Shown: in pieces, positions 17,925 to 28,274 of the stretch
Layout of the letters: every line of letters begins with the position of its first letter
How positions within the stretch are numbered: position 1 is the stretch's first letter
Origin: Armatimonadota bacterium
GTDB lineage: Bacteria > Armatimonadota > SYMT01
Direction: 5' to 3'
Length of the DNA: 64,000 nt
Assembly: GCA_041690135.1 (NCBI GenBank)
Contig: JAWLHY010000008.1
Coordinates: 224,001-288,000 of the forward strand
Made by a program: the position numbers and the translations under genes
The notes under the pieces: generated by a model
Seen by the model: the letters and a program-made list of their open reading frames with translations, nothing else
What the model was told of the DNA's origin: nothing
Databases searched by the model: none

Positions 17925-18293
17925 TCAACGGAAGTAGACGATGTGGCGCAGGGCCTGCGGGTGAGACGGGTCGGCTTCCAGCACCGTCTCCAATTCGGCT
18001 TTCGCCTCATCCATGAATCCTAACATCGAGTACGCCAACGCGAGATCGACCCGGGCGTCAAGAAATTGTCCATCCAGTTCCACGGCTCGCCGCAATTCCT
18101 CGATGGACTCTTCGAATTGCCCGGTGAAATTCATCACCAGGCCCAACTCGCGATGCGCGCGAGCACTGTCCGGCACGTCCTCCAGGACGGCCAGAATCTC
18201 TCGCAGAGCTTCTTCGTAGCGACCTTCGACCTTCAGGGCAACGCCCCTCTGAAGGCGCTCGTCAAGGGTCATCTCCGCAATCTCCGGAGTCAT
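17925..18293 (-). CDS. TPR-repeat protein
   Basis: Three TPR-like units (AHRELGLV..GQFEESIEELRRAVELD). Confidence 0.85.
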   Translation of the reverse strand: MTPEIAEMTLDERLQRGVALKVEGRYEEALREILAVLEDVPDSARAHRELGLVMNFTGQFEESIEELRRAVELDGQFLDARVDLALAYSMLGFMDEAKAELETVLEADPSHPQALRHIVYFR

Positions 18294-18499
18294 AGGCGCG
18301 CCTCGTCCTCCCTGGGTGCGTACGTGGAAGAATAAGGATTAGTGCGGCACAGCCTCTGGGACCTGCCGAAGCGCTTGTTTACCGGTTAGCCGAAGTCGTA
18401 CGGAATTCCTTCCTTCGGACTAACCAACTCTCATCTATTCAACCGGAGCAGCGATGTTGGTCTAAAGCTGCCCTCAACTCACGGCCATCCAAACGGAAG

Positions 18500-19441
18500 C
18501 TACTCCGTAAGACCCGGATCCCACTGCTCTCCGACGCCAACGCGATAACCACGACAGAACGCCGCCCCATCCGTGCGCGCGCGGTTCGGCGGCTGAACAT
18601 CCAGGAGCCGAAGGGCTTCCTTCCCGGTCTGAATCACGAGCGAGGAAGGGTCCACAACCGTTCCGGGAGCAAGTTCCGGTCGGCCGGGCACAACCTCTGC
18701 TCGCCAGAGTTTCACCGTCTCGCCGTGGCGGCGCGCATGGGCGCCGGGCGCCGGGTTGCAGCCGTGAATCTGATTGCGAATCTCGACTGCCGAACGGGTC
18801 CAGTCCACAGCTCCGTGTTCCCGACGCAGCATCGGTGCGTAAGTGGCCTGCGCGTGGTCCTGCGGGATTCGGGGAGCGGCGTGCGCTCCCACGCCCGAAA
18901 GCGTCTCCACCAGTAGTTTCGCTCCCAACGGGGCCAGCCGTTCCGCCAGCGTTCCGGCCGTGTCTTCCGGTAAGATCGGCAACTTCGCCTTCAGGATCAT
19001 GTCCCCCGTGTCCATTCCGGGGTCCATGAACATCGTTGTGACGCCCGTTTCCGTATAGCCGCGGATAATGGCCCACTGAATGGGCGCAGCGCCCCGCAGT
19101 TCCGGCAGGAGCGAGCCGTGGACGTTGAGGCATCCCATGGGCGGAATCTCCAACACTGCCGGACGCAGGATCTGCCCATACGCCACCACGACGATGACCT
19201 GCGGCCGTTGCTCCGCGAGTTCGGCTACGAACTTCGGGTCCGAGGCCTTCTCGGGCTGGAGTACCGGCAAGCCGAGGGCGAGCGCTGCCTCCTTCACCGG
19301 GGGCGCCTGAAGTTTCATGCCTCGCCCGTGGGGTCGATCCGGCTGCGCGACTACGGCGCGCACGCGATACCCGGCCGCGACCACGGCCTGAAGGCACGGA
19401 ACGGCGAACGGCGCCGTACCCATGAAGACGACGTCCAGCAT
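18500..19441 (-). CDS. fmt: Methionyl-tRNA formyltransferase
   Basis: VVFMGTAPFA, QPDRPHGRG, NVHGSLLPELRGAAPIQ, GMDTGD. Confidence 0.97.
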   Translation of the reverse strand: MLDVVFMGTAPFAVPCLQAVVAAGYRVRAVVAQPDRPHGRGMKLQAPPVKEAALALGLPVLQPEKASDPKFVAELAEQRPQVIVVVAYGQILRPAVLEIPPMGCLNVHGSLLPELRGAAPIQWAIIRGYTETGVTTMFMDPGMDTGDMILKAKLPILPEDTAGTLAERLAPLGAKLLVETLSGVGAHAAPRIPQDHAQATYAPMLRREHGAVDWTRSAVEIRNQIHGCNPAPGAHARRHGETVKLWRAEVVPGRPELAPGTVVDPSSLVIQTGKEALRLLDVQPPNRARTDGAAFCRGYRVGVGEQWDPGLTE

Positions 19442-19459
19442 CGCTCGTCAACTCCTCTT

Positions 19460-19975
19460 TCAGTCGCCGGTGCGGCGTCCACGACTCCGGCGCTCGTCTT
19501 CCTGGTCTTCCGTGATCCAGTGGAGCGACTCTTTATCCGCGCGATCGATGAAAAGGACGCCGTTCAGGTGATCGATCTCGTGCTGAAACACACGGGCGAG
19601 GTAATCGGTGGCTTCGATGCGCACCGGCCGGCCGCGACGGTTGAGGCCGGTGACCAGCAGCCGAGTGTGGCGCGGCACCTCACCCTGGAGCCGAGGGATG
19701 CTGAGGCAGCCTTCCACGCCCAGTTCTTCGCCTTCGGCTTCCACGATTTCGGGGTTAATCAACGCATCGGGGCCCTCACCGATGTCGTAGACGAAGAGGC
19801 GCTGCCGGATGAACACCTGCGGGGCGGCGAGGCCGACTCCGGCCGCATCGTTCATGGTCTCGATCATATCGTCGATCAACTGGCGGGTCTTGTCCGTGAT
19901 TTTCAGGACGGGCTTGCAGCGGTCCCGCAGCAATTCTTCTTCCTGGGGGTACTTCGCGATCTTCAACTTGGGCAT
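19460..19975 (-). CDS. def: Peptide deformylase
   Basis: GVGLAAPQ, EGCLS, QHEIDHLNG; start taken at ATG 19975. Confidence 0.96.
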   Translation of the reverse strand: MPKLKIAKYPQEEELLRDRCKPVLKITDKTRQLIDDMIETMNDAAGVGLAAPQVFIRQRLFVYDIGEGPDALINPEIVEAEGEELGVEGCLSIPRLQGEVPRHTRLLVTGLNRRGRPVRIEATDYLARVFQHEIDHLNGVLFIDRADKESLHWITEDQEDERRSRGRRTGD

Positions 19976-20048
19976 GGGTTGCTGAGACTTGCCTTTCCGG
20001 ACTGGGTCACTTTCGTCCCTCATCATAACAGATGGAACGCCCCTCCGT

Positions 20049-22727
20049 TTAGAGGAGATCGACCGGCTCAACATCGATGGCGATACCGCCGATCCGCTTC
20101 TGAACCTGGGGCCAGGCTTCCGCAAGCACGGCGCGGATGGCCGCCCGCGAGCCAGCTTTGAGGAGGAGGTGAAAGCGGTAGCGATCGCGCAGGCGGGCCA
20201 GCGGACAGGGGGCCGGCCCTCGTACCTCTACTTCGTAGCTTGCTGCCAGGGGGCGGAGCATTTCGGCAGCAGCTTCGATGCGGCTGCGGGCGACGGCTTC
20301 CTCCTGGTGGGCGGAGAGGAACCGGGCAAGGGAGCCGAAGGGCGGGTAACTCGTCTCTTCCCGAGAGCGAATCTCGGTCTGGAAGAAACCGCGGTAATCA
20401 TGCCGGGCTGCCGCCTGGATGCTGGGATGATCCGGGTTGAACGCCTGGACCACGACCTCCCCAGGTCGATCGCCCCGGCCGGCCCGGCCACTCACCTGGG
20501 TGAGCAATTGAAAAGCGCGCTCTCCTGCCCGGAAGTCCGGCATATTAAGCGCCACGTCCGCCGTAACCACTCCCACCAGGGTCACCCCGGGGAAGTCGAA
20601 ACCTTTAGTAACCATTTGCGTGCCCACCAGGATGTCGATTTCCCCATCCCGCACCTGGTTGACGATGCGGACGTGGGCATCTTTGGAGGAGATGCTGTCC
20701 CGGTCCAGCCGCGCGATCCGGGCGCTGGGCAGGAGTTGCCGAACGGCCTCCTCGACGCGCTGGGTACCGAGTCCGAACTGTCCCACGCGCGGCCCCATGC
20801 ATCGCTCGCAGACCTGGGGCGCCTGGCGCATGTAGTCGCAATGGTGGCACAACAGCACGCCGACCCGGTGACGGTGAAGCGTGAGGCTCACGTCGCAATT
20901 AGGGCAGTCCGGCACAAACCCGCAATCGCGGCACAGGACGAACGCGCTGAAGCCCCGGCGGTTGAGGAACAGGATCGACTGTTCGCCGTTAGCCAGGCGC
21001 TGGCGCAGGCGGTCCTCGAGAAGGCGGCTGAAAATGCTCCGCGGCTTCGAGCGGCTCTCCTCCCGAAGGTCGACGACATCCACGGTGGGCAACGGCCGCT
21101 GATTGACCCGCTCCGGAAGCTCCAGGAACTGGTAATCCCCGTTGAGAGCGGCGTGGAAGCTCTCTACACTGGGGGTCGCGCTGCCGAGCACCACACACCC
21201 GCCGGAGATGCGGGCGCGTTCCTGCGCGGCCTCGCGCGCATGGTAGCGAGGGCTGCGCTCTCCTTGCTTGTAGCTGCCGTCGTGCTCCTCATCCAGGATG
21301 ATGATCGCGGGATCCTTGAGAGGCGAGAAGAGCGCACTGCGGGGACCGACCACCACGTCCGCATCGCCTCGCCGCACCCGTTCCCACTCATCGAACCGCT
21401 CTCCGTCGGATAGGGCGCTGTGCAGGATCGCGACGCGCTCGCCCAGGCGCCGGCGCACCGCCGCGGCTACCTGGGCCGTAAGGGAGATCTCCGGCACCAG
21501 CAGGGCCGCGGTCCGCCCGGCCGCGCGTGCTTCCTCAATGGCGTGGAGATAGACCTCCGTTTTGCCGCTGCCGGTGACGCCGAACAGGAGCAGGCTCTCC
21601 CCCTGGCCGCGCTGCATAGCCGCCCGGATCGTCCCTGCCGCCGCTCCTTGAAATGGAGAAAGCTCCGGAGCGGTGTCCCGAGCCGCATCGTAGCCGCCGG
21701 GAGCCCGGCGAACTTGCAGCCGGGTGGATTCCAAAAGACCCCGGTTGACCAAACCGGTGATGACGGAAGCGGACACCGCCAACTCCTCGCAGAGCTGCGC
21801 CTGGGCGACGGGGGAGGGGTCTCCACGCTGCTCCAGATATTCGAGGACCCGCTTCTGCTGGGCACCGAGACGTGGCTTCTTTCCATTCTCCGGCGCGGGC
21901 TGCCTCGGAATTGCCGGGGCTGCCGTTTTCTCCCCGGTAGTGTCGTCGTCCGCGTCGCTGGCAGTAGCCGCAGCGGGATCCACTAACTGGACCGCCTTGA
22001 CCCACTTGGTCCGCACCTTGGGAGGCAGCAGGAGTTGCTCTTCTTGGACCCAACCCTCGGAGCGGGCTCGACGCAGGGCCGGTCCGAAGTTGGCGGCCCG
22101 GACGGCCAACTCCAGAGCATCCCTGGAGAGCGTGCCGCCCGCGTTCCGCAGGGCTTGGTACAGCGAAGTGAGGGTCTGTCGGGTGAGAATGCCGATGCGG
22201 GCCGGAAGGGAGCCGTCCCAATCCCCCAGCGACACCACGGACTGCAACTCCGCTCCGTGGCGTTCCGGCACGGCAAGCGGCATCGCGTCCGCCAGAGAGC
22301 AGCAGTTTTCCGCGGCTACCGACCGGAGCAACTCCACCATGTGGACATCGAAGGCCGGATCGGGACGGGGAATGCCGCGGATGGGCCGCAGACGGCTCAG
22401 TTCGATGCGCCCCTCCGGGCGGCACGGCGCGAGCGGCTCCACAGAGAGCACATAACCCAGTTGATCGCGTCCGCCGAGCGGGACTAGAACCGGCACACCG
22501 ACCGCGACCTGGCCCTGGAGCGCTTGCGGTACGAGGTACGTAAGAGATTCCGGCAGGCCGGCGGGAGAGGGAAGCAGCACGACCTGTGCCACCTCCACAC
22601 TTGCGGGCGGATCGGGCTGTGTTTCCGGATCGAGGGCAAGGCTCACGGCGGTGGTTCTGATCGGGGTTACGAGTATCCGGAGATAAGCGAGAACGGGGGG
22701 ATGGGAGCCGAAATACTCCGGCTGCAC
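20049..22727 (-). CDS. priA: Primosomal protein N'
   Basis: GVTGSGKTEVY, LVPEISLT, DEEHDGSYKQ, LNRRGF, four CxxC, GTQMVTKGFDFP, QVSGRAGR. Start may be near 22646. Confidence 0.96.
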   Translation of the reverse strand: MQPEYFGSHPPVLAYLRILVTPIRTTAVSLALDPETQPDPPASVEVAQVVLLPSPAGLPESLTYLVPQALQGQVAVGVPVLVPLGGRDQLGYVLSVEPLAPCRPEGRIELSRLRPIRGIPRPDPAFDVHMVELLRSVAAENCCSLADAMPLAVPERHGAELQSVVSLGDWDGSLPARIGILTRQTLTSLYQALRNAGGTLSRDALELAVRAANFGPALRRARSEGWVQEEQLLLPPKVRTKWVKAVQLVDPAAATASDADDDTTGEKTAAPAIPRQPAPENGKKPRLGAQQKRVLEYLEQRGDPSPVAQAQLCEELAVSASVITGLVNRGLLESTRLQVRRAPGGYDAARDTAPELSPFQGAAAGTIRAAMQRGQGESLLLFGVTGSGKTEVYLHAIEEARAAGRTAALLVPEISLTAQVAAAVRRRLGERVAILHSALSDGERFDEWERVRRGDADVVVGPRSALFSPLKDPAIIILDEEHDGSYKQGERSPRYHAREAAQERARISGGCVVLGSATPSVESFHAALNGDYQFLELPERVNQRPLPTVDVVDLREESRSKPRSIFSRLLEDRLRQRLANGEQSILFLNRRGFSAFVLCRDCGFVPDCPNCDVSLTLHRHRVGVLLCHHCDYMRQAPQVCERCMGPRVGQFGLGTQRVEEAVRQLLPSARIARLDRDSISSKDAHVRIVNQVRDGEIDILVGTQMVTKGFDFPGVTLVGVVTADVALNMPDFRAGERAFQLLTQVSGRAGRGDRPGEVVVQAFNPDHPSIQAAARHDYRGFFQTEIRSREETSYPPFGSLARFLSAHQEEAVARSRIEAAAEMLRPLAASYEVEVRGPAPCPLARLRDRYRFHLLLKAGSRAAIRAVLAEAWPQVQKRIGGIAIDVEPVDLL

Positions 22728-22763
22728 CCATCCCCCCAGTTTCGCACTCCCGATAGCCGATGC

Positions 22764-23906
22764 CTAGGCGCCGTTGCGGAGTGTCTCGGCCATGTCGGTC
22801 TGCTCCCAGGAAACGTCCAGGTCGGTGCGACCGAAGTGGCCGTAGGCCGCAGTCTGGCGATACACGGGGCGACGGAGGTCGAGATGGCTGATGATGCCCG
22901 CCGGCGTCAGGTCGAAGTACTTATTGACCAGTTCCACCAGGCGGTCGTCCGAGACCACCCCGGTGCCGAAGCTGTCCACAAACACCGAGAGCGGCTCGCG
23001 CTTGCCGATGGCGTAGGCCACCTGCAACTCCACCCGCTTAGCAAGTCCGGCGGCGACCAGGTTCTTCGCCACGTACCGCATCATGTAGGCCGCCGAGCGG
23101 TCCACCTTCGTCGGGTCCTTGCCGCTGAAGGCGCCGCCGCCATGGCGAGCCATGCCACCGTAGGTGTCCACGATGATCTTGCGGCCGGTGAGCCCGGTAT
23201 CGCCCTGCGGGCCTCCGATTGCGAAGCTGCCGGTCGGGTTTACGAAGTACTGGGTATCCGCGTCCACCATCTCCACGGGGAGAATTGGCTTGATCACCTT
23301 CTCCACCAGATCCTCATGGATGGTGGCCTGGGGGATGCTCGGCTGGTGCTGGGCGGAGATGAGAACCTTGTCGATGCGGACCGGTACGCCATCTTCGTAC
23401 TTGACCGTGACCTGCGTCTTACCGTCCGGGCGCAGATAGGGGAGTTGCCCGTTCTTGCGAACCGCCGCCAGTTGACGCGCCAGCTTGTGCGCGGTCATGA
23501 TCGGCAGCGGCATCAACTCGGGGGTTTCGTCGCAGGCATAGCCGAACATCATGCCCTGGTCGCCGGCCCCGCCGGTATCTACGCCCATGGCAATGTCCGG
23601 GGACTGCTTCTGGATGGCCGTAAGCACGCCGCAGGTTTCCGAGTCGAACCCGTACTTGGCGCGGGTGTATCCGCACTCTTCCAGAGTGCGCCGCACCAGG
23701 TCGGGGATTTCCACGTAACCCGAAGTCGTGATCTCACCGGCAACGACCACGAGGCCGGTGGTGAGGAAGGCCTCACAGGCCACGCGCGAAGTGGGGTCCT
23801 GGGCCAGCATCGCGTCCAGGACCGCGTCCGAAATCTGATCGGCCAGCTTATCGGGATGGCCTTCCGTGACGGACTCGGAAGTAAAGTAAAACGAACGACT
23901 ACTCAT
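22764..23906 (-). CDS. metK: S-adenosylmethionine synthetase
   Basis: [35 protein letters not shown]. Confidence 0.98.
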   Translation of the reverse strand: MSSRSFYFTSESVTEGHPDKLADQISDAVLDAMLAQDPTSRVACEAFLTTGLVVVAGEITTSGYVEIPDLVRRTLEECGYTRAKYGFDSETCGVLTAIQKQSPDIAMGVDTGGAGDQGMMFGYACDETPELMPLPIMTAHKLARQLAAVRKNGQLPYLRPDGKTQVTVKYEDGVPVRIDKVLISAQHQPSIPQATIHEDLVEKVIKPILPVEMVDADTQYFVNPTGSFAIGGPQGDTGLTGRKIIVDTYGGMARHGGGAFSGKDPTKVDRSAAYMMRYVAKNLVAAGLAKRVELQVAYAIGKREPLSVFVDSFGTGVVSDDRLVELVNKYFDLTPAGIISHLDLRRPVYRQTAAYGHFGRTDLDVSWEQTDMAETLRNGA

Positions 23907-24188
23907 AACGTGTTGAACCTCCCCACGCCGTCTAGCGCGTGGTTAGCGCCCTTGCACGATCCGTTAGCGATGTCCGTGCCCCGCAGGCGGTGGGGCGGAC
24001 GGAACAGCATACCCGAGAAGGAACTGCCTCCCCGATGGCGAACCGGTCGCTCCCTGCGACCATGCACCCATGTCGGTCAGGAATGGCAAACGGCTCTTCT
24101 CGCTACGCAGGTAACTGCCGGACCGTTTCCTCCAAGGCGCCAAGGTGAAAGACGTGTCCCCAGCGGCAGCGACCAATCTTATCATTTT

Positions 24189-25340
24189 TCAGGGCTGGTG
24201 GACCTTGAGCAACTCCAGCACCTCGTTTGCATGATATACGGCGATATGCCGGCCCTGTGCAGAAGATAGAGCAATCAACACTGGAGCCGGCGACGTGTGA
24301 ATCCAGCGGCGTTCTCCGTGCTTTCCGTAGAGGCGGAAGCGGGGAACGGAAACTTGCTGCTGCGTGTCCAGGCCCACCACCCAATCTCCCGCCCGGTCGA
24401 CGGAGACAAACAGGGGGGCCGTGTAGGCGCCTCCCTTGGTCCACGACGGCTCCACCTGGCCGGAAAAGTAGGCCAGCCGCCGTTCGAACTGCTGCTGGAG
24501 GGCGTGCTCCGACTGATGCTCGTAGGACAGCAGTACGGCGGCGCCCGCAGCCGAGAGGCGGATCCTGGCACCCCGACCCGGGCGGGTCACCGTCCACTTC
24601 CGGCTGCCGTCCGCGCCGAACAGGCTCACCTCAATGGCGCCGGACGGGCGGTGCCCAGCCACTGCAACCAACTTTCCGTCCTCGCTGGCGCAGATGGAGT
24701 AGCCGGTGGTTCCCGGTGGGCCATACTCCCAGAGCACACGGCCGGTACTCTTCACCAGGCGTACGCCATCCGCACTTCGGGAAGCGACGTATAGCGCATC
24801 CCCCGGCCCGAAGTGGAGCTGCGTGACCTCTCCTTCCAGCGGAATGATTCGTCGCCGGATGCCCTCCGTGGTAGGCACGCAGAAGACAATGCTGCGACCA
24901 GCAGCGATGGCGACATAGCGGCCGTCGGGCGAAATGATCGCAGACCGGATGGGGGTATCCAGCTCGAAAGTGGCGAAGCGCCGCCCCCGCGCGTTGAGGA
25001 AGTGCACCTGCCGCTGGAGGTAGTGGTTCGCGGCGTAGGCAATGCTGAGGCTTCCCCCGCGGCTGACCGCAATCCGGTCCGCACCGGGGGCCTGATGGGT
25101 CCAGAGGACCTTTCCGGCTTCATCAAAAGCGCGGATGAGACCGTCGCCGTCCAGGGACAGCATCCGATCGCCGTTGGGGCTAATCGCTATCTCGTAAAGG
25201 TCCGGAAGTCGGTGCCGCCAGACTGTCGCCAGGGGCTCCGCGGGCGTCGGCATCGGGGTTTGAGCACCGGCCCGGCCTCCCCACAGGGCAAGCGCCAGTC
25301 CCGCCGCCGGCAGCAGCGCATATGGCCAACGCACGTTCAC
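24189..25340 (-). CDS. Secreted WD40/PQQ-like beta-propeller protein
   Basis: Signal peptide; repeated blades (AISPNG, IISPDGRYVA, ASEDGKLVA, G.VLW); GTGA overlap with the pdxT stop. Confidence 0.75.
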   Translation of the reverse strand: MNVRWPYALLPAAGLALALWGGRAGAQTPMPTPAEPLATVWRHRLPDLYEIAISPNGDRMLSLDGDGLIRAFDEAGKVLWTHQAPGADRIAVSRGGSLSIAYAANHYLQRQVHFLNARGRRFATFELDTPIRSAIISPDGRYVAIAAGRSIVFCVPTTEGIRRRIIPLEGEVTQLHFGPGDALYVASRSADGVRLVKSTGRVLWEYGPPGTTGYSICASEDGKLVAVAGHRPSGAIEVSLFGADGSRKWTVTRPGRGARIRLSAAGAAVLLSYEHQSEHALQQQFERRLAYFSGQVEPSWTKGGAYTAPLFVSVDRAGDWVVGLDTQQQVSVPRFRLYGKHGERRWIHTSPAPVLIALSSAQGRHIAVYHANEVLELLKVHQP

Positions 25341-25942
25341 GATTTCCGGGTCATCTCCACGAACAGCCGGTGCACTCGGGAATCATGCGTCAACTCCGGG
25401 TGAAAGGTGGCCCCGAGGAGGCGCCCCTGCCGTACAAGGATCGGACCGGCTTCCGTTTCCGCGAGAACCTCCACCTGCGGCTCGGCATGGGTGATCCGGG
25501 GAGCCCGGATGAAAACGGCTCGCACCGGTTCCTGGCCAATCTCCGGAACCGGCACGTCCACTTCGAAACTGTCCACCTGCCGGCCGAAAGCGTTCCGCCG
25601 GACCGACACGTCCATGCGTCCGATTCGAGGTTGATGACTTCCCTCGATCTCGCGCGCCAGGAGGATGAGACCCGTGCAGGTGCCGAAGACGGGCATCCCT
25701 GCATCGATTCGCTGCCGGAGCGGCTCCATGAGCTCGAAGCGCTCCAGCAGCATACCGACCGTGGTACTTTCGCCGCCGGGAATCACCAGCCCGTCCACCT
25801 GATCCAGAGCTTCCCGCGTTTTCACCGGGAGGGCCTCCGCGCCCGCCTCGCGGAGGGCGCGGAGATGTTCGGGTACGTCGCCCTGGAGGGCCAGAACGCC
25901 GATGGTGGGCGTGGATTTGCTCATTGGCTCCCGGATTACCAA
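25337..25942 (-). CDS. pdxT: PLP synthase glutaminase subunit
   Basis: [40 protein letters not shown]. Confidence 0.97.
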   Translation of the reverse strand: MVIREPMSKSTPTIGVLALQGDVPEHLRALREAGAEALPVKTREALDQVDGLVIPGGESTTVGMLLERFELMEPLRQRIDAGMPVFGTCTGLILLAREIEGSHQPRIGRMDVSVRRNAFGRQVDSFEVDVPVPEIGQEPVRAVFIRAPRITHAEPQVEVLAETEAGPILVRQGRLLGATFHPELTHDSRVHRLFVEMTRKS

Positions 25943-26871
25943 CCGCGCCCAGCCATGAGCTGCTTATCGTCCAGGGTGCGCACATCCAGGCCGGACATCG
26001 GCTCACCCAGGTCGGTGGAGACTTCGGACAGCTTGCGCGGGTCGTCGTAATACGTCACCGCGGCCACGATCGCGGTGGCCCGTCGGAGCGTCAATTCGCG
26101 ACGCAGAACCGGATCAGTCACACTGGCGGCAGCCTTGAAGATGCCGCTGCCGACGAACACCGCTTCGGCACCGAGCTGCATCATCAATGCGGCATCAGCA
26201 GGGGTGGCGCATCCGCCCGCGCTAAAGTTCGGTACCGGCAGTTTCCCGCTCTGCGCGACCTCGACCACAAGATCGTAGGGGGCCTGCAGGTTCTTCGCCT
26301 CGGTCATCAACTCTTCTTCACGCAGGGCCGCCAGCCGACGGATGCCGCGCTGAACCGCGCGCATGTGCCGGACCGCTTCGACCACGTTGCCGGTACCCGC
26401 TTCCCCTTTGGTTCGGATCATGGCGGCGCCTTCGCCGATGCGGCGAAGGGCTTCCCCCAGGTCGCGGCACCCGCAGACGAACGGTGCCCGGAAAAGGTGC
26501 TTGTTGATATGGAACTCCTCGTCGGCCGGCGTCAGGACTTCGCTCTCATCGATGAAGTCCACCCCCAGGGCCTCGAGGATCTGGGCTTCCACGAAATGCC
26601 CGATCCGGGCCTTGGCCATCACCGGGATCTCGTAGTTCTTTTCCCGCAGCGCCTCAATGATCTCGCGGATGATCTTGGGGTCGGTCATCCGGGCGACCCC
26701 TCCCTGGGCGCGAATATCCGAAGGGACGCGCTCCAGGGCCATCACCGCCACGGCGCCGGCCTCGGCGGCGATGAGCGCCTGCTCCGGGTTCGTAACATCC
26801 ATGATCACGCCGCCCTTGAGCATCTCGGCCAGGCCGACCTTTGTTCTCCACGTTGACTTTTCGGTTTCCAT
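25936..26871 (-). CDS. pdxS: PLP synthase lyase subunit
   Basis: [46 protein letters not shown]. Confidence 0.98.
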   Translation of the reverse strand: METEKSTWRTKVGLAEMLKGGVIMDVTNPEQALIAAEAGAVAVMALERVPSDIRAQGGVARMTDPKIIREIIEALREKNYEIPVMAKARIGHFVEAQILEALGVDFIDESEVLTPADEEFHINKHLFRAPFVCGCRDLGEALRRIGEGAAMIRTKGEAGTGNVVEAVRHMRAVQRGIRRLAALREEELMTEAKNLQAPYDLVVEVAQSGKLPVPNFSAGGCATPADAALMMQLGAEAVFVGSGIFKAAASVTDPVLRRELTLRRATAIVAAVTYYDDPRKLSEVSTDLGEPMSGLDVRTLDDKQLMAGRGW

Positions 26872-26874
26872 ATC

Positions 26875-27867
26875 TCACTCCAGCTCGAAGAGCTTGCGAA
26901 ACGCGAACAGCGCCGGGGCTCCCCCGGTGTGCCAAAAGACCACCGTCTCCTGGCTCGCCAATTCGCCCCGGCATGCCAGGCCCCGGGTCCCGGCGAGTGC
27001 CTTTCCTGTATAAACCGGATCTACCAGCAGCCCTTCACACCGGGCGGCGAGTTCAATCGCTTCCATGCCTTCCGGTGTGGGTATTCCGTAGTCCGGCCCC
27101 AACCATTCATCGAAAATCGGGATCTCTTCCGGTGCCGGCTCCCAGGATGTGCCCAGGAGCGCCGCCGCCTGGGAAATGATTCCGGCGCACTTGCGCTGTC
27201 CCGCACCAGTCCGTGGGCTGACACTAATTCCGTAGACACGCGTCTCCGGCATGAACAAGCGGACGCCCAGCAACACCCCGGCCAGCGTTCCGGTGGACCC
27301 GACGGCCACCGTTAGCGCATCGACCCGAAGATCCTGCTCTTGTGCCTGCTGTGCTAACTCTCGTACGGCGCGCACGTAGCCCAGGCACCCGAGCGGGGTG
27401 GATCCGCCCACCGGAATTATATACGGTCTCCGGCCTTGTTCTCGCAGCTCAGACGCGGTGGACTCCATGCGCTCGTTCATCTGCGAGAGCGTCAGACCGG
27501 GGATGAAGCGTACTTCCGCCCCGAAGAGCCGATCCAGCAGCAAATTGCCCTGTTCTTCTGGGGGCCGGCGGTCGCAAAGGAACAGTATGGAACGCATCCC
27601 GAGGCGGCACGCGGCAGCGGCCGTCATACGGGCATGGTTACTCTGAACCCCACCAGTCGTCAGCAACACATCCGCATTCTGATCTCTCGCTTCGGCGAGC
27701 AGATACTCGAGCTTGCGCGCCTTGTTTCCCCCCAGCGCCAAGCCCGTAGAGTCATCCCGCTTGACCCAGAGGTGGGGGAGCCCGATGGCCTCTCCGAGGC
27801 GAGGCGCCGGTTCGAGAACGGTCGGCAGGGCGGCAAGCGGAACCCGGGCGATGCTGTCAAGGTTCAT
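26875..27867 (-). CDS. dcyD: D-cysteine desulfhydrase / ACC deaminase family PLP enzyme
   Basis: KRDD..GGNKARKLEY, GGVQSNHAR, DPVYTGKA, FWHTGG. Confidence 0.85.
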   Translation of the reverse strand: MNLDSIARVPLAALPTVLEPAPRLGEAIGLPHLWVKRDDSTGLALGGNKARKLEYLLAEARDQNADVLLTTGGVQSNHARMTAAAACRLGMRSILFLCDRRPPEEQGNLLLDRLFGAEVRFIPGLTLSQMNERMESTASELREQGRRPYIIPVGGSTPLGCLGYVRAVRELAQQAQEQDLRVDALTVAVGSTGTLAGVLLGVRLFMPETRVYGISVSPRTGAGQRKCAGIISQAAALLGTSWEPAPEEIPIFDEWLGPDYGIPTPEGMEAIELAARCEGLLVDPVYTGKALAGTRGLACRGELASQETVVFWHTGGAPALFAFRKLFELE

Positions 27868-28274
27868 CAGTGATTTGCGTCCAGTGAGCTGATTGGCTAT
27901 CGGAGATCCAGTGTACTCTTCTAACGGTCGCCGGTAAAGGGGGTGGCTGAACCAAGCCTCCGCCCCGTGGTGTTCAGGTTTATACAGATTGGCGCGCTGG
28001 TCCCATTCTGGAAGGCCAGAGGCACCTCGCGGGCGTGCAGTATAGGTACAGGCGAAAAACTTATACAGCTACAGGCCGCCGGTGGGGTGGGGACGATCCG
28101 GTAGTGGTTGGGCTGAGAGCTCGCGGGGACGAGGCGTTGAGAAGAAGGGCGGGGCAGTGGATTCGTGGATGTACCTCCGGCGGAACAGCAGCGAGGTTTG
28201 ACCCAGTCGGAAGTCTGGTATTGAGCCTTAATGGCGGGGCATTCCTCGCTCAACGGAACCCATGGAGGGGATCA

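Noticed and set aside
23907-24185. Canonical SAM-I, II or III riboswitch
   Set aside because: Consensus elements not found; kept only as an unclassified leader.
19989-24269. Long + strand ORFs of 474 and 581 aa
   Set aside because: Antisense shadows of priA and metK.
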